Origin: Aplysia californica
Lineage: Eukaryota
NCBI RefSeq assembly: GCF_000002075.1
Contig: NW_004797388.1
Location: forward strand, 470,774-534,773
Length of the DNA: 64,000 nucleotides
Direction: 5' to 3'
Shown one piece after another: positions 13,581 through 26,470 of the stretch (positions are counted from its first letter, which is position 1; every line of letters starts with the position of its first letter). The notes beneath the pieces are model-generated. The model searched no databases. It was not told the DNA's origin and saw nothing but the letters and a program-made list of their open reading frames with translations. The translations under genes and the position numbers were made by a program.

Positions 13581-14123
13581 TGATTTTTAGTCTAGTCTCA
13601 CCGCAGCAAAATAACATTTCAGCACCTTTTTGGGGGATGGGCAAAGAAGTTTAACACTAGATCTCCCCGAATCTTTAGTTTCAAGCCATCTTGTCTGTTT
13701 TTATAGGTGTACAGGAGTGTTGAAAAAGTACAAACGTATTCTTGTAACAAAATGGTACTGATTTTTAGGCCTTTTTTTCTAGAAAAACTATTTTAGTTTT
13801 TTAGCTAGAAAGGTGCAACCATCCTTATGTTTATGGGAGCTTCCTGATATAAAATTTCACAAGACGTATTGCTCCAATGTGGTTGCAATAGAATGCATTA
13901 CAACTTTGAAACTAGAACAGGCATAACGTAACTAGAAAAGTGACCCCTACTATGCTTATTCTATGGATGAATTTGTGAAAATGATTTACTCAGCTACAAT
14001 ATTAAATTGTTAGAAGCCATCTTGGGTAGACTGGGCATATATGTTTTTTGCCTAACCTACTATCTCTCTAGATGAAATTAACTTTATTAATTTTCAACTC
14101 ACTCATTTTTGTTCCTCAGAAAA

Positions 14124-14216
14124 ATGGATCCTTCAAAAGACGCGGAGGCTGAAGTATTCATACGTACTGAGTTCAACCTACAGATGGCAAGGCATAGAAC
14201 AGTCACTATTCATCAG
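14124..14216 (+). CDS. Putative first coding exon of an unknown spliced gene (paralogue B), MDPSKDAEAEVFIRTEFNLQMARHRTVTIHQ
   Basis: Acceptor TTTTTGTTCCTCAG (AG at 14118-14119), a 4-nt leader, ATG, 31 codons, then phase-0 CAG|GTTTAT. 11 of 24 residues are identical to the exon at 2251-2349. Confidence 0.55.
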
Positions 14217-15326
14217 GTTTATTTTTGCCCTGTAGTTGTAAGCTATAATTTTGAGAATGACTAACAATTCAAGTTGTGGACTTTTCTTCCTGTATATTTA
14301 ATTTTCTGTTTTTTCTACGTGTTTTCATTTTGCTCCGTCAAAATATGAGCCTATACCAGTACGTTGAGGTCACTTAGATTAAACGGAAAATAGTGGTAAT
14401 CCAAAAGTAAACAGATTCCCTGGGGGTTTTTTTCTTCTTTGTCTTTGTAAAGAAAACGACCTAGATCTTTTTGCTGAAATGGTCCTATTTCTAAACTCAA
14501 AAAAATTTTGAGGTGTAAGTCATTTCTTCATAAGCGACTCCTCCAGTAACTCACTTCGAAATAGCGAAACAGTTGAAAGAGACAAAAGAACATAGTGTCC
14601 ACGAGGGCCAGAGAGAGGCTTCAATATTTGTTTACCTCTCTTTTTCACTCTTATCAATAGGCCTACAGACTGTGTACAATGGTACTAGGATGCGTTCTAA
14701 CTTCTCTCGTGCAGAGCATAGTACAGTGCTGTGTACTGAGGCTGACCTAGTCCTCCTTTACTCCCTGCAACTCTAATTGCAGTTACTGAAAGAGGTAGAT
14801 GAGTTAAAGAAACAAACAAAAAGAAAATAACTAAAATTGTAGAGTGTGATACAGGACTAATCTGAATAGCCCAAGTCAAGCCCAAGAACGAAGGAACATA
14901 ACTCAGTATATATTATAATTCTTGGGTTTTGATGATGAATTACTTTTTCTTTAGTAGTAATTTAGTGTGCATTTTATTTGAGCAGTCTCTTTAAAACCAA
15001 AAATACAATTAAACCAAAGAAAATCTGGTAGTCCAGTCCAGCAGATTTCGATTTAAGTGATCTCAGCTATAATTTTAAAATGAGATGTTGTGTTCTAGAG
15101 GTAGGCTATGCAGGTAACTGCGATGGTAACTTCTTAGCTTGACCTGATGCATATCCCATAATTCTCTGTTTATCCAGACATCAAAAGGAATTTGTTATTT
15201 ATGAATATCAGATTTGTCAACTATGTTGAGTGCACAATCACATCATCAATGGTTCTATTTCTTAACATGTGTGAGAATACTGCTTAAAGTGGGCAAAGAG
15301 TATGCCTGTTTAAGCCAATTGTTCTA

Positions 15327-16151
15327 CAGTGGAATCCTGTTATAACGAGAGGGAGGGGACCGGTATGAAATGTCTGTTATAGCAGGATTCTCGTTGTAAG
15401 TGATCCAGTAATAAATTCAAAGGAAATAATAAAGTAGCCATAATCTATGAGTTTGGCGTTCTGTTTATTTCTTTTCGTTATCTCCTCCGATGATGGCTTT
15501 GTTCAACATGACCTTTAGGTCTTACTTGATCAAAAATTAAATCAGGTTTCTTTCTCTATCGTTAACGATGTTGACAGCTCGGCGTTGGCTATCAGAACGA
15601 AAGTTCTCTAGGCTATCTCGCCCGCTGTGTTTTCCCCCACACCACCACACCCTGTGGTGCGTTCCCGCGTCTGCTTGCGCACGTCACACATTCGCTCCAT
15701 GATCCATCACAGCACTGTGACTTCTTCATCCCTGCATTGGAGAAGTGAGAGGCATGATAGGTATCTAGGCCTAGATAATCTAGACTAGGCTGGCCTATCA
15801 CTATCAGGCAATGCGTTCGGCTTCACAACGGTGTGTCTGCGCATGCCACACCCTCCCCACTCATTCGCTCCGGCCTTCATCGTTGGCAGACATGGGCTCT
15901 CCCATTCTTTGTTTCGCTTGATAACCAACAAGTTTCTCAACTGGCGAGGTTTTACATTATGTATAATTGGCCTCCGCGGGGAGCACAGCAGCAGCAATAT
16001 TCCGCTATAACCGACTCGCGTGTTTGTCTGATTGCGCTATAGCAGTATTTTATTTACAAAGATAAAGAAGGGAAAAAAACAGGGTTTTAGAATGATGTCT
16101 TTATAACAGACTTCTCGTTGTTTCAGGACTCGTTTTAAGTGGACTCCATTG
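15327..16151. mobile_element. pogo/Tigger-type non-autonomous DNA transposon
   Basis: TIRs CAGTGGAATCCTGTTATAACGAG and (reverse complement) CAATGGAGTCCACTTAAAACGAG, with TA flanks at 15325-15326 and 16152-16153. Confidence 0.7.
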
Positions 16152-16204
16152 TATCAAAATTTTAGATTAATCCCTACTAAATATGAAATGAACTGTGATA
16201 GGGT

Positions 16205-16245
16205 ATCATCATCAGGGCATCATCATCATCATCATCATCATCATC

Positions 16246-16299
<54 letters not shown>
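16205..16299. repeat. (CAT)n microsatellite, probably the tail of a minus-strand LINE fragment extending to about 16590
   Basis: About 27 CAT units at 16218-16299. It explains the poly-Ile ORF at 16195-16422. Confidence 0.9.
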
Positions 16300-17258
16300 T
16301 ATCTCACCCTATACCAGGGTATAGATAGACCAAGGACAAACACTTTCCGTTATCTCCTATTTTTGGCTAGCTTCTTGACAACATTCCAAACTTTCCATTT
16401 TCCTGCATATCATTTCCCATGACTTTTCTCCCAGCTTTGTCCACTGTCTTTCACTTTCATTGGTCCTGCTGGTTCAGAAGCTCCTCTGTCTCACTTGATT
16501 CCCAAAAAACATGTTTTTACTTGTGTTTCTGTCACTTTTTGTTGTTGTTAATGTGTCCGGATGGTTTGTCCTGTGCCCACTGGCTCTTTCCAGCAGACCA
16601 GACTTTTACATGGTATAGATGAAAAAACAAAATAGATATTTATTAAAAATTATATGGCGGTTTGAATGAAAAAAGAGGAGGGACACTTTTGGGGTGGTTG
16701 CTGTATTTTTATCATTTTTAAAATTTGCAAATTAGGCTTTACACCGAAATATCAGTTGTAGTGTAGGATGAATGATTTGCAACTAACTTACCTTTGAGAT
16801 CCTGTACTTGTAGGGGACACAAAGTTTCACTGATTTTCTGTTTCAAAACCTTTGGTTCACTCATAATATTCCGAGCCATTTGGGGACATTATAACATAAT
16901 TTTCACTGTAAAACTTGTACATATATTAGCGTATGATTCCAATGAGAGTGCAATACATATAGGCCTACATGTTTAAGCCAAATGGATGGAGGACTCGACT
17001 TCTTTACTATTTTTATGTTCTGTCTGTCTCTTTTGCTTAATCTCAACATTACATGGCCCATGTTGCATCTATGTAGCCTGCTTCTGTTTATGCCAACAAA
17101 CATGTGAATGAATCATATTCCAAAACTATGATTTGTTAATATTTTTTTTTCAATAATAAGTGCTGATGTTGGCAATACAAAAATGAAATGAGCAAGACTA
17201 TTTTCATGGGCATATGGGAAGTGAGATTTAACTTGTTTCTTGTTTTTTTTTATTTCAG

Positions 17259-17315
17259 GCGGACTGTGGCATGGACATTTTGATTGGAAATTTGAAAAGT
17301 GACTTATCAAACCTG
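17259..17315 (+). CDS. Candidate second coding exon of paralogue B (ADCGMDILIGNLKSDLSNL)
   Basis: Strong acceptor TTTTTTTTTATTTCAG, 57 nt open in phase 0, donor CTG|GTTAGT. In frame with the 14124-14216 exon. No homology support in the window. Confidence 0.4.
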
Positions 17316-17560
17316 GTTAGTAGCCTACATAAACCGTTAGCATCATGAGATACTTCTCAGATTCGAGCCATATGGAAATAGAATACATCTCGCTTATAGG
17401 TGAAGTTTTTACAATTTATAAGTATGAAATAATAAAAGACAGGTTATAGTTTTAAAAAGTGGCATCAATACAAAATCTTCAATTTAACCCTAGTGTAGAT
17501 TTTTGACCTATATCTCCATTTGCGGATTGCGAGAAGTAACTCATTTTGTCAGCAGGCCTC

Positions 17561-17562
<2 letters not shown>

Positions 17563-17606
<44 letters not shown>
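17563..17606. repeat. (TA)n microsatellite
   Basis: Read directly from the sequence. Confidence 0.95.
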
Positions 17607-17607
<1 letters not shown>

Positions 17608-18265
17608 TGTTATCATTAGAGGAATCAAAAACATTTATTCAAGCTTCAGCTTCCAGTTGATCTTAATATGGCATTATATTTATACACTTGTGTGTTTGTG
17701 CCCATCTTTCTGCCTGTGTCTTGCATATATATATATATTATATGTGTATGACCCCTTCAAAAGGGGAGGGCAGAGAAACTTGAAAAATATTGTTTAAATT
17801 TTTTGCTTCAGTTTGTATCAATAAACAATCTACCTGATTCTTATAAGTAAGTCTTGCAGTATTTCTTTCTTTCTTTTTTTTCTTTTTTTTTGGGGGGGGG
17901 GTAGTGATTTGAACATCACAGGGCTTGCGATAGTGGCCTTTTGCACATGTACCTTATCCTGAAGATTTTTACCATACACGCTGAATGCTGCGGTGACAAC
18001 TTTTACATGTAAGTAGAGTTTTTTTTGTTCTAAAACGTAGTGGGTTTGAGTCTCCCTCACATGCTCTGGAATAGAATCCTTTAATCCCAGTGCTGAGTTA
18101 GATATATCAATCATTTTGCCTTTAAAAACTCTTCTCCTTTGTCTAATCGGACACAGATTTGTTAAGCTCAATGCCATGTACATGCTGTATAATATGGATT
18201 TTTAAGATAAGATATGATACATCTTTATTGTCCAACTGGCACATTAGTTTGGTGTTTCACCATGA

Positions 18266-18286
18266 ACACACATACACACACACACA

Positions 18287-18324
<38 letters not shown>

Positions 18325-18335
18325 TGCACACACAC
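18266..18335. repeat. (CA)n microsatellite
   Basis: Read directly from the sequence. Confidence 0.95.
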
Positions 18336-21021
18336 GCAGTATGCTTGCAGTCGTAAACAGGGTCCTGTTATCACCGTTATCAAGGGAAACAACCCGTACC
18401 ATTGCACCTTCAGCTTACTATATTCGATTACTGCAGATCCTTTTCCATTGGGCTGTTTTTGCTGTCACCGAGTCGGAATCGATCCATGACCCAAACACTG
18501 GGGGGAGGGGGAGGGGGGGGGGTTAGTATGTTTGAAAGTTTGTGTTTAGGCAAGTGATCATACTAACAGGCGAAATGTCTTGGTTGAGACAAATTTTTAT
18601 AATTTGACAGATTGAAAACAAGTTCATGCACTGCAAGATCACTGTTATACCTGAGTCTGTGCAATTTGAACCCTATTATAGCCAGGTTTATACATCTTAC
18701 TTACACTTATAAAGAAAAAACAAAAAACGGGGGATTTGATTTATCACAGTTATATCCAAGTTCCTGTAATAACAGAGGCTGTTATAAATGGACTAGACTT
18801 TTCTTACTTTACTTTATCCGTTATATTGTACGCCTAGGGCGTCGAGGGGAGAAAGAGCTTTTTGTCTTTCGCAAGTTTGATGGCCTGGCTGGGTGGAATG
18901 TTGTATGTTTTCAGGGTATCCTTCCCGGCCTCAATAATAAGACAGAAAAAACTAAAGAGAGAGTTACAAGTGGTCATTCGTTCAGGTGATTGTCTTTGAC
19001 AGGTGTTCCTTCAGAATCAGAGTAGGTTTTTTAACTGAATTTTGAATCTCCACTCATATACGTTAAATACTTCTCCACAGTTTGGTGAGCCAAAGAATCA
19101 AGTGTGGACTCACAGGAACAGAGTCTTGGAGAACGAAAAGACTTTCAGACAGTATAATTTTGACTACCATCATGATGACAGGAGACCACTGAAAGTTCAT
19201 GTGCGCTCAGTTAAACATTTTGAATAGAGAATGCTTGTTGGTTCTCATCATGTTAGGGAGCTGGGGAAATTTTTACAAACATTGTTTTGTACATTTTTTC
19301 TTCTTTTTTTTTTTGGTGGGGGGGGGGGGGCACTTTAACACCTTCTAATATTACATTATTTTTTTTTTACAGGATGCAAGAAAAGAAACATTTAGGAGAA
19401 AATTATGTAATTGTTAAAGAAGCTTTCAAGATTTTAATAATAAAAAACACCAGTTCTGTACTTTATGCAAAGCATTGTACATGTAATGAAACCAGGCACT
19501 CATCCAGATAATAAAATGGAAGATACCGGCATTTTTTTAGCTGGTTTGGAAGTTTTTATCTAATTTGTGGGGGGGGGGGGGAGGCTCAACACATTTTATG
19601 TCCATTTAAAAACATATTCTGTGTGGATCATACTGAAAAGTGTTGTTAAAGGCACAAAAAATGTGAATTTTCCGTTTCCGAGGACACGCAAGCTTAGAAA
19701 GTCACCAAACTTTAACAACCATTTTCTAGATATCTATACTTTTACCTCTAAAAGGAGGCCAACCCTACCTCTTTAATAAATCGTAAATATCTTGAATTCT
19801 ATTCAAATAATAGAGAGGTATTTTTTTCATCAAAAGCAAGATCAATGAACAAGCTTTAAGGTGATACAGATACCTTCATATGCCCTAAAAGTGACGAGCG
19901 CCTGATTCCATCGCATCATTACATATATTATGCGTTGTATTGATTTTCATCTCCGTTGGCTTAGTAGGCCTACTTAGTATTCCCTGATCAAAACATGACT
20001 AGGTCTTACAGCCTGTAGCTTGCGCCTGCAAGTTTTGCCACCTAAGTATGTGATTTTTACAGAAATGAAAAGTAAACGCAACAAACGTCATTCTCTAAGC
20101 GTGGTCAGAACTAGTACATGTACCTGTAGACTACCGTCACATCTGGCAAGTTGAGACGAAATCCACAATCAACTTCTTTTTTTTTTTAAAGCAAGATTTT
20201 TACCGCTTAATGAACTGATTTGAGACACTTTTTTATTTTACTAAAAGCGACAAAAATGGTTAGCCTTTCTAGACAATTCTGAACATACCCTGTGTGTGCC
20301 ACTCAAGTTTTTTAAACGGTTCACATGATTTCTTTTGTGATGGTCGAAAGCTTGCTGGTTGTTCTGTCCATTCTTGATTATTTGTGTAAGCCATTTGATT
20401 TTGCTTCAATGTTCTTCATGTTTAAAATCTGTCCCTCTTTGTTGAATTTGAAGCTGTATTATAAGTATGGTTTGACACTGATAAAAATTAAAAAGCAGCT
20501 CCTGAGACTAGAATACAGATGTGTACCTGAATGAAACTATTGTTGGCTATTTGACTTGCTGAAACAAAATTTAACAAGATAAGATCGTGCAATCTGTTGG
20601 ATTTTTTTATCATTATACTGGCAGTTTTTTGAGTGCCGATATTTGTTTTGTTTTTTTTTCACAACTGATCTTAAGTTACTTTTGAAATTATTATCATTTG
20701 ATATATATAAGTTTGCCTTGTATTTTGTTTTTTAAAAATTGCTATGGATATGTAGTGTTTAGTTCAAAAATTGTAAAAAGTAAAGGATGAAAATTCAAAA
20801 TGGATTTCATTATGCAATAAATATCAGCTTAATAGTCCTTCTTCAACTTTATCTTAAACAAAACAAAATATCTAAATAAAAATTAAAGGCATGAACTCAG
20901 TGCATTCCTGTTCCTCTCCACTCCCTTTCGTTTCCAGTCTGACCCTCTCCTCTGATCGGCATAAAAATGGGAGAGAAACGAATTTGACATGTTTTTGTCT
21001 CCTCTCGCTTTCCGTTTTTGA

Positions 21022-21990
21022 ATGAAAAGAAGACGCCGCGTCCCAAAACGGTACTGGACACATATAATTTTTCAACGAAGAGGTGATTTTGGAGAATATC
21101 ATCATCTTCTGTGTGAAGTTTTAAGGGACGAGGAAAAGTGTTTTTCCTGCTTTGGGATAGGACCTAAAACTTTTCAAACCTTTCTTCATCTTATTAGACC
21201 TCATATTGAGAAAAGAATGTTGAATGTGTAAAGAAAACAGAATGCTTGGTAATATCCAAAAAAGCAGCAAAGCCTAGTTGTAATCTCATTAGCAAAGGTG
21301 AAAAGGTCGAACAAGTCCAACAGTTTAAATATCTAGGATATATGATAACATCTGATGCCAAATGTTCCACAGAAATGAAACAGAGAATTACAATAGCTAA
21401 GGCTAGTTTCAATAAAATGAGCCCAATCCTGAAAAATAGAAACATCTTGATGAACACCAAAATGAAAGTCCCGAAATACTATGTTTGGTCAGCCCTTCTA
21501 TATGGCTGTGAATGCTGGACAATCACTAAAGACAGTGAAAATAAAATAGAAGCAACAGAAATGTGGTTTCTTAGTTAAGAGACTGCTAAGAATATCGAGA
21601 AAGGAAAAGAAATCAAATGAGGGAGTGTTTGATGAAACCCACGAGGGACGCTCAATGTTAAAAACAATCAGGAAATGACAAATGCAGTTTTTGTGACATA
21701 TAAATAGACATGTGTCTTGAACATCTAGCTCTCACTGGCAAAACTGAGGGCAAGCGAGGCAGGGGTAGGCCCATGACAACATACTTAGGGAACCTAAACA
21801 AATGGATAACAACAGGGAAAGATCAGGGAAACGTAGCTTTTTTGAGAGCATCCGAGCAAAGGAATGAATGGAGAACCATGATCGCCGATGTCTGTTGCAG
21901 ATCTTGCACTGAAAGATGATGATTGAAAAAAGAACAACACATTTTTGCTAGTCGTTATCTTCCAGATAAAGACTTGTTATCCCTCTACGA
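21022..21990 (+). mobile_element. PIF/Harbinger transposase N-terminal remnant, interrupted by an RTE insertion
   Basis: RYWTHIIFQRRGDFGEYHHLLCEVLRDEEK...LIRPHIEK (to 21217) resumes at 21922 as IEKRTTHFC*SLSSR*RLVIPLR. Confidence 0.7.
21218..21921 (+). mobile_element. 5'-truncated RTE-clade LINE with target-site duplication
   Basis: VEQVQQFKYLG, LLYGCECWT, IEATEMWF and GKRGRGRP motifs, a (GAT)3 tail, and a 13-bp TSD ATTGA(G/A)AAAAGAA at 21205-21217 and 21922-21934. Confidence 0.85.
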
Positions 21991-22710
21991 TAAGTTATAC
22001 ATTGATTATAGATGATAGAGCATGACTAGGCCTACATGCTGCGAGAGAACTGGTAGAAATTATAGTTGCGAGATAAAACATTCGCGATCGGCTCAGCAAC
22101 TGGGTTCAGCAGGAAAAGGAGAGGAGAGCGAGAGGGGTGCACTCAGTTTCTGGTGATGAGATATATAATATGAGCACAGAATTCTACACTTAGTGTAGAA
22201 TTCTGTGGTCAGGTGATACCGGTTATTTTGAGGTATTTATTAACTTTTTAGGATGGAGAGCAAACTGTTTCTACTAACGCTGTGCTCCTTGTGGAACTAA
22301 CTAATATAATCGCAGTCCCAGGATGGGGTTGGAACATTTGGGGTTTCTGCAAACTGTCAGCTTGTGCGCGTATTCAAACAAGTAAATAGTCCTTCTGGAG
22401 ATGAACATAAATGTCGGAGGTCCCAGCTCTTAAATAACGTAATAGTTTTGATAGTAGCCTTAAGCCTATACCATTTCGCCATCAATTTCAAACAAATCAA
22501 TGCCAACATCTAATTAATTATAATTATGGTCGGATGGGTGTGTGAAATGTACGTCAAGTGTGCAATCCACACTTACTTTTATGTAAATACCCCCCCCCCC
22601 TTTTTTTTCCACGTGCCAGAGACTGTTATAACTTATAGAGATAAATCGCTGTTACTCACGATGTTATGACAGGCAACCAATTTTTGTTCTTGTTGCTTTT
22701 TGCATTACAG

Positions 22711-22761
22711 GCTCCTTTTGAAAGAAATAAAGGCACTGATAAGTGGGAACTGTAGGATTGG
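22711..22761 (+). CDS. Candidate internal exon (phase 2-2, LLLKEIKALISGNCRIG), possibly of paralogue B
   Basis: Good acceptor TTGTTGCTTTTTGCATTACAG and consensus donor GG|GTGAGT, 51 nt. Its connection to other exons is not established. Confidence 0.25.
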
Positions 22762-24539
22762 GTGAGTTAGGGAAGGGGTGGGGATGGACCAAAATGTCAG
22801 TATTATTGTATGATTGAAAAGCACATGACCAGCAATCAGTAGAAAACCATACCTGTCGTCATGGCAGTCCTCTGCAGCTAAGACTAGATCTAATCATGCT
22901 CACCTTGCTGGTCTGATGTGAGGGTCAGTTGTGGGGTGTAGTTGAGGTTCATGCGTTAAAAGTAGGCCTAAAGCCAGGATTATATTTTTATCTTATTATA
23001 GTAGGAAGTGGTCATTTGTACAGGTGATTGTCTTGGCCAGGGGATCGTTCTTGCTGGTTCGACTGTGTTTCTACTTTGATTTAAAAAGGATTTTACTTAA
23101 AAAATTGTCTAGATTTTTTTTACTTAGTGACTTAGTAATTTCAGTACGAATAGCATAGAAGTCAAATTTTGCTAAATTCTTAATAAACTGTTTTACCATG
23201 CAGATCGAACTTGAGATCTTTACTGTAATAATATACCAAAGAAAGGTGAATTTTTATGCCTGTTTTTTCTTTTTCTCAAGCCTAGTGTTCTTGAATATTG
23301 CAGCAGCGAAAAGGAAAAAAAGTCAGAGTCCTGAGCATCTTTTTTTTTCCCCTTTTAAGCTGCCTCATAATGGAATATTTTAAAAGTCATTTTCTGAAAG
23401 CTTATCCTTCAGACCCCTATGCGCTTTGAAGTGCGGTAAGTTTTTACTGACGTCTCCAATTTCACCGACCATGAAGTGCAAAATAATCCCGAAAAGATGA
23501 TCCTTATATTATATAATAACCAAAATTTCTGCTTTGAAATATATATGTTCACCATATGTCAGGTTTCATCAGAGCTGCACACATTCCTCTTTTGACGCGA
23601 TATAATACTTAACGTATATCGTATGTCAGCGCGGTTTTATGCGCACTAAAAAAATCTGAAATAATGCAAACTGAGCCAAAAAATGTGAAATTATGCGATC
23701 TTGTTAATTTTAACAAAGAATGATATAGGAAAATAATCAGAAATTATGCCCCAAAAAAATCAAATTTTACTTAATTATGCGGGGTGCATATAACCCCGGG
23801 GACAGGTATACAATTATGCTCAAATTATTATCTTGTTTAATACTCTGTTGATTAATTCGTCGAAACAAAACTGATTGATTGTAACTGTCATACTTATTAT
23901 GTGAATAATTATTTACGCCCCCACTGACACAAGAAAGATGGTTAAGGAGGCAACATTTCCTGTTGGTGCGTGTATTGAGAGACAGAAATACTTACTTTCT
24001 CCTTGCGGGAACAAAACTCACATCTTTTTGCTTGCACTTGTAGAGCCGAATTAAAACTAATTGTTACATCACAGACAACTACAAGAAAAAAAACAAACAA
24101 CATACATGATAAAAGAAACAATCAAGTCGTCTTGCGAAAGATGTTTAAAGTAAAGCAATGTTTTGCTGCATACATAAACACGATGGCTCCCCCCCCCCCC
24201 TCGAACTTTAAATGACCAATGTTCACCCAAAGACAAAGAAAGGGCCCTGGCCATGCTATAAGGTTACTAAGCTCAGGCTCTCAGCAATGTCAGACTTATG
24301 TTGGTTTCTCATCTAACCATGGTTTTAGTAAACACTACAGTACTTCAGTGTGATTACCAGCTTTCATATTGGCTTGTATCTTTTTGAATTTGTACACTTG
24401 TTATTTCTTTGCATAGACAACACATAGATCTAGATTCTATAATTTCTACCATCTGTATGCTTTTGATATAATATGCCATTATAAAAAGCGTTTCCAATAG
24501 AGGTCAAATAGAAGTAATACAACAATTTGGAGCAGAATC

Positions 24540-26470
24540 TGCTTTGCGCAATTTTGAAAAATTTTCCCCTTAATTTTATTCTGGTCCACTCGATTTCAGT
24601 TCACTGTATAACATGTATAATCGCGCTCTACGGCAAAATCGATACTTGCTATAATCAAAGATAGTACTATCATTGCTATAATGACTGGTATTCTGATTAC
24701 CGGCAGTATTTCTCGGAATATACATGATGCATTATTCTTTCATCTCGACCCAGCATGTCCTGACAGAATGGCCCAAGTCCAAGTGCTCCGAAGTGGAAAG
24801 ATCGTTTTTGACCAAACTTTAACTTCGGCAATGTTTCCCCAATTACAAAAAAGTAACATTTACAACCCCCCCCCGCCCCGCCATGACGTCCAAAGCCTAG
24901 TGCTTAGGTTACCAGACTCGTAATCATGAAATTGTGGGTTTGGAAGTTCGAGCCTCAGCTCAGCATCATTGGCTCAGCCTGACGTTGTGACATTACTCAT
25001 TTTTATATCAAAGGCGATACTGTGTTATTTGTTCTATTGTGTCTTTATTATAATAAAGCGTTGTGTATTTTCCCTGTCAAAAAGTACTTAACTGTTTTTG
25101 CTATACATGTATGTGGTGTCATAGTGGTTACAATCTATCGAACGGCCTCTGTACATGTAATAGTTTCAAGGGTAGTGTCACCAGAAAAAAAAACGGTGGC
25201 TGAAAAGAACTTGTTGTAAAAGAGTACTTTTGAAAGTCAAGATTTTGTCCCCTCCACAACAATTCGATAAAAAAAAGGAGTAGGCCTATAATAATAATAA
25301 TTAATAGATCTATGTGTGGCCTAGTGATGGTGAATTCAGGCGCTCGTCAAAATAATTAAATCAAAGTAACCGACATTTCATGGCGTTAGGCAATTTTGTC
25401 GAACTTTTTTAGTAGTTCAACACCATTTATGTCCATCTAAAATGGCTTTCTGTGCTGATTTTACTGAAAAACGTGGATCAAAAGTAATATCCCCCCACCC
25501 CCCTCCAAATAGAAAAAGAAAAAGAAAATGGAAATTTGCAGTTTTCCAAAGGACTCTTGAGATCATCAAGCTTTGGAAGTCACCAAACTTGGGCGGCCAT
25601 TTTCTCACTAATTTTACCTCTGACACCAGGCAACCCCCACCTAATTCAATTGCAAAAATAAATAATTAACTCCTGTCTCTATTCATGGGTATATATATTA
25701 TAATGTATATTTTCTGTTTTGTTTTTTGTTCAAATGAATCAGCTATAATTAAGATGAAACCAGTAACTCGCTATAATATGCCCCAAAAATTGACGAGCGC
25801 CCGACCTTGCGATAACACAAAACATCTATGAAGTATAGGCCTAATCTGTTTTGCGAAATTGGAAAAAATCCAGCTCCTAATTAATTTTTTTGGTCCCCTT
25901 TGTAATTGAGCTATAACCAGATTCGATACTTACCGTTATAATAATAATTGCTATTCGGATTACGGGCAGTCTTTCCCGGAATATTTTATTTCAAACTAGC
26001 ATATTATTATGCCCGAACTTGATAAAGATACATGCACCGTATTTTTTCAGAAAATTTGAACAAACTACTGTGGTATTTTTTCCGAATAACAGAATAGTAA
26101 CAATAGTACATTTACCCCCCCNNNNNNNNNNNNNNNNNNNNNNNNNNNNNNNNNNNNNNNNNNNNNNNNNNNNNNNNNNNNNNNNNNNNNNNNNNNNNNN
26201 NNNNNNNNNNNNNNNNNNNNNCCCCTCCTTTTCTTAAAATCTCACTTCTTTCATTACACATGTTTATGTTATATATATTGATTATTACTATTACCTGCTT
26301 TTGTTGTGCTTAAATCTTCATTTTAATAAAGCTATTTTTTCTCATAGAGTCGTTTGGTGTTCTTTGGTGTCATAGCGGTTACATTATATCGAACGGTCAC
26401 TGTAAGTTTCAAGGGTAGTAGTGTCACCAGAAAAATAATATAGTGACTGAAAAATACTTGATATTTTTTT
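24540..26470 (+). repeat. Old local direct duplication (about 24540-25220 versus 25850-26470)
   Basis: Shared collinear blocks, e.g. GATTAC(C/G)GGCAGT..CGGAATA and GGTGTCATAG(T/C)GGTTACA..ATCGAACGG..AGTTTCAAGGGTAGT..GTCACCAGAAAAA. Confidence 0.6.

Noticed and set aside
18914-18985. Exon-like segment GILPGLNNKTEK...
   Set aside because: Its 3' part matches a repeat end also present at about 23005-23035, so the donor is probably fortuitous.
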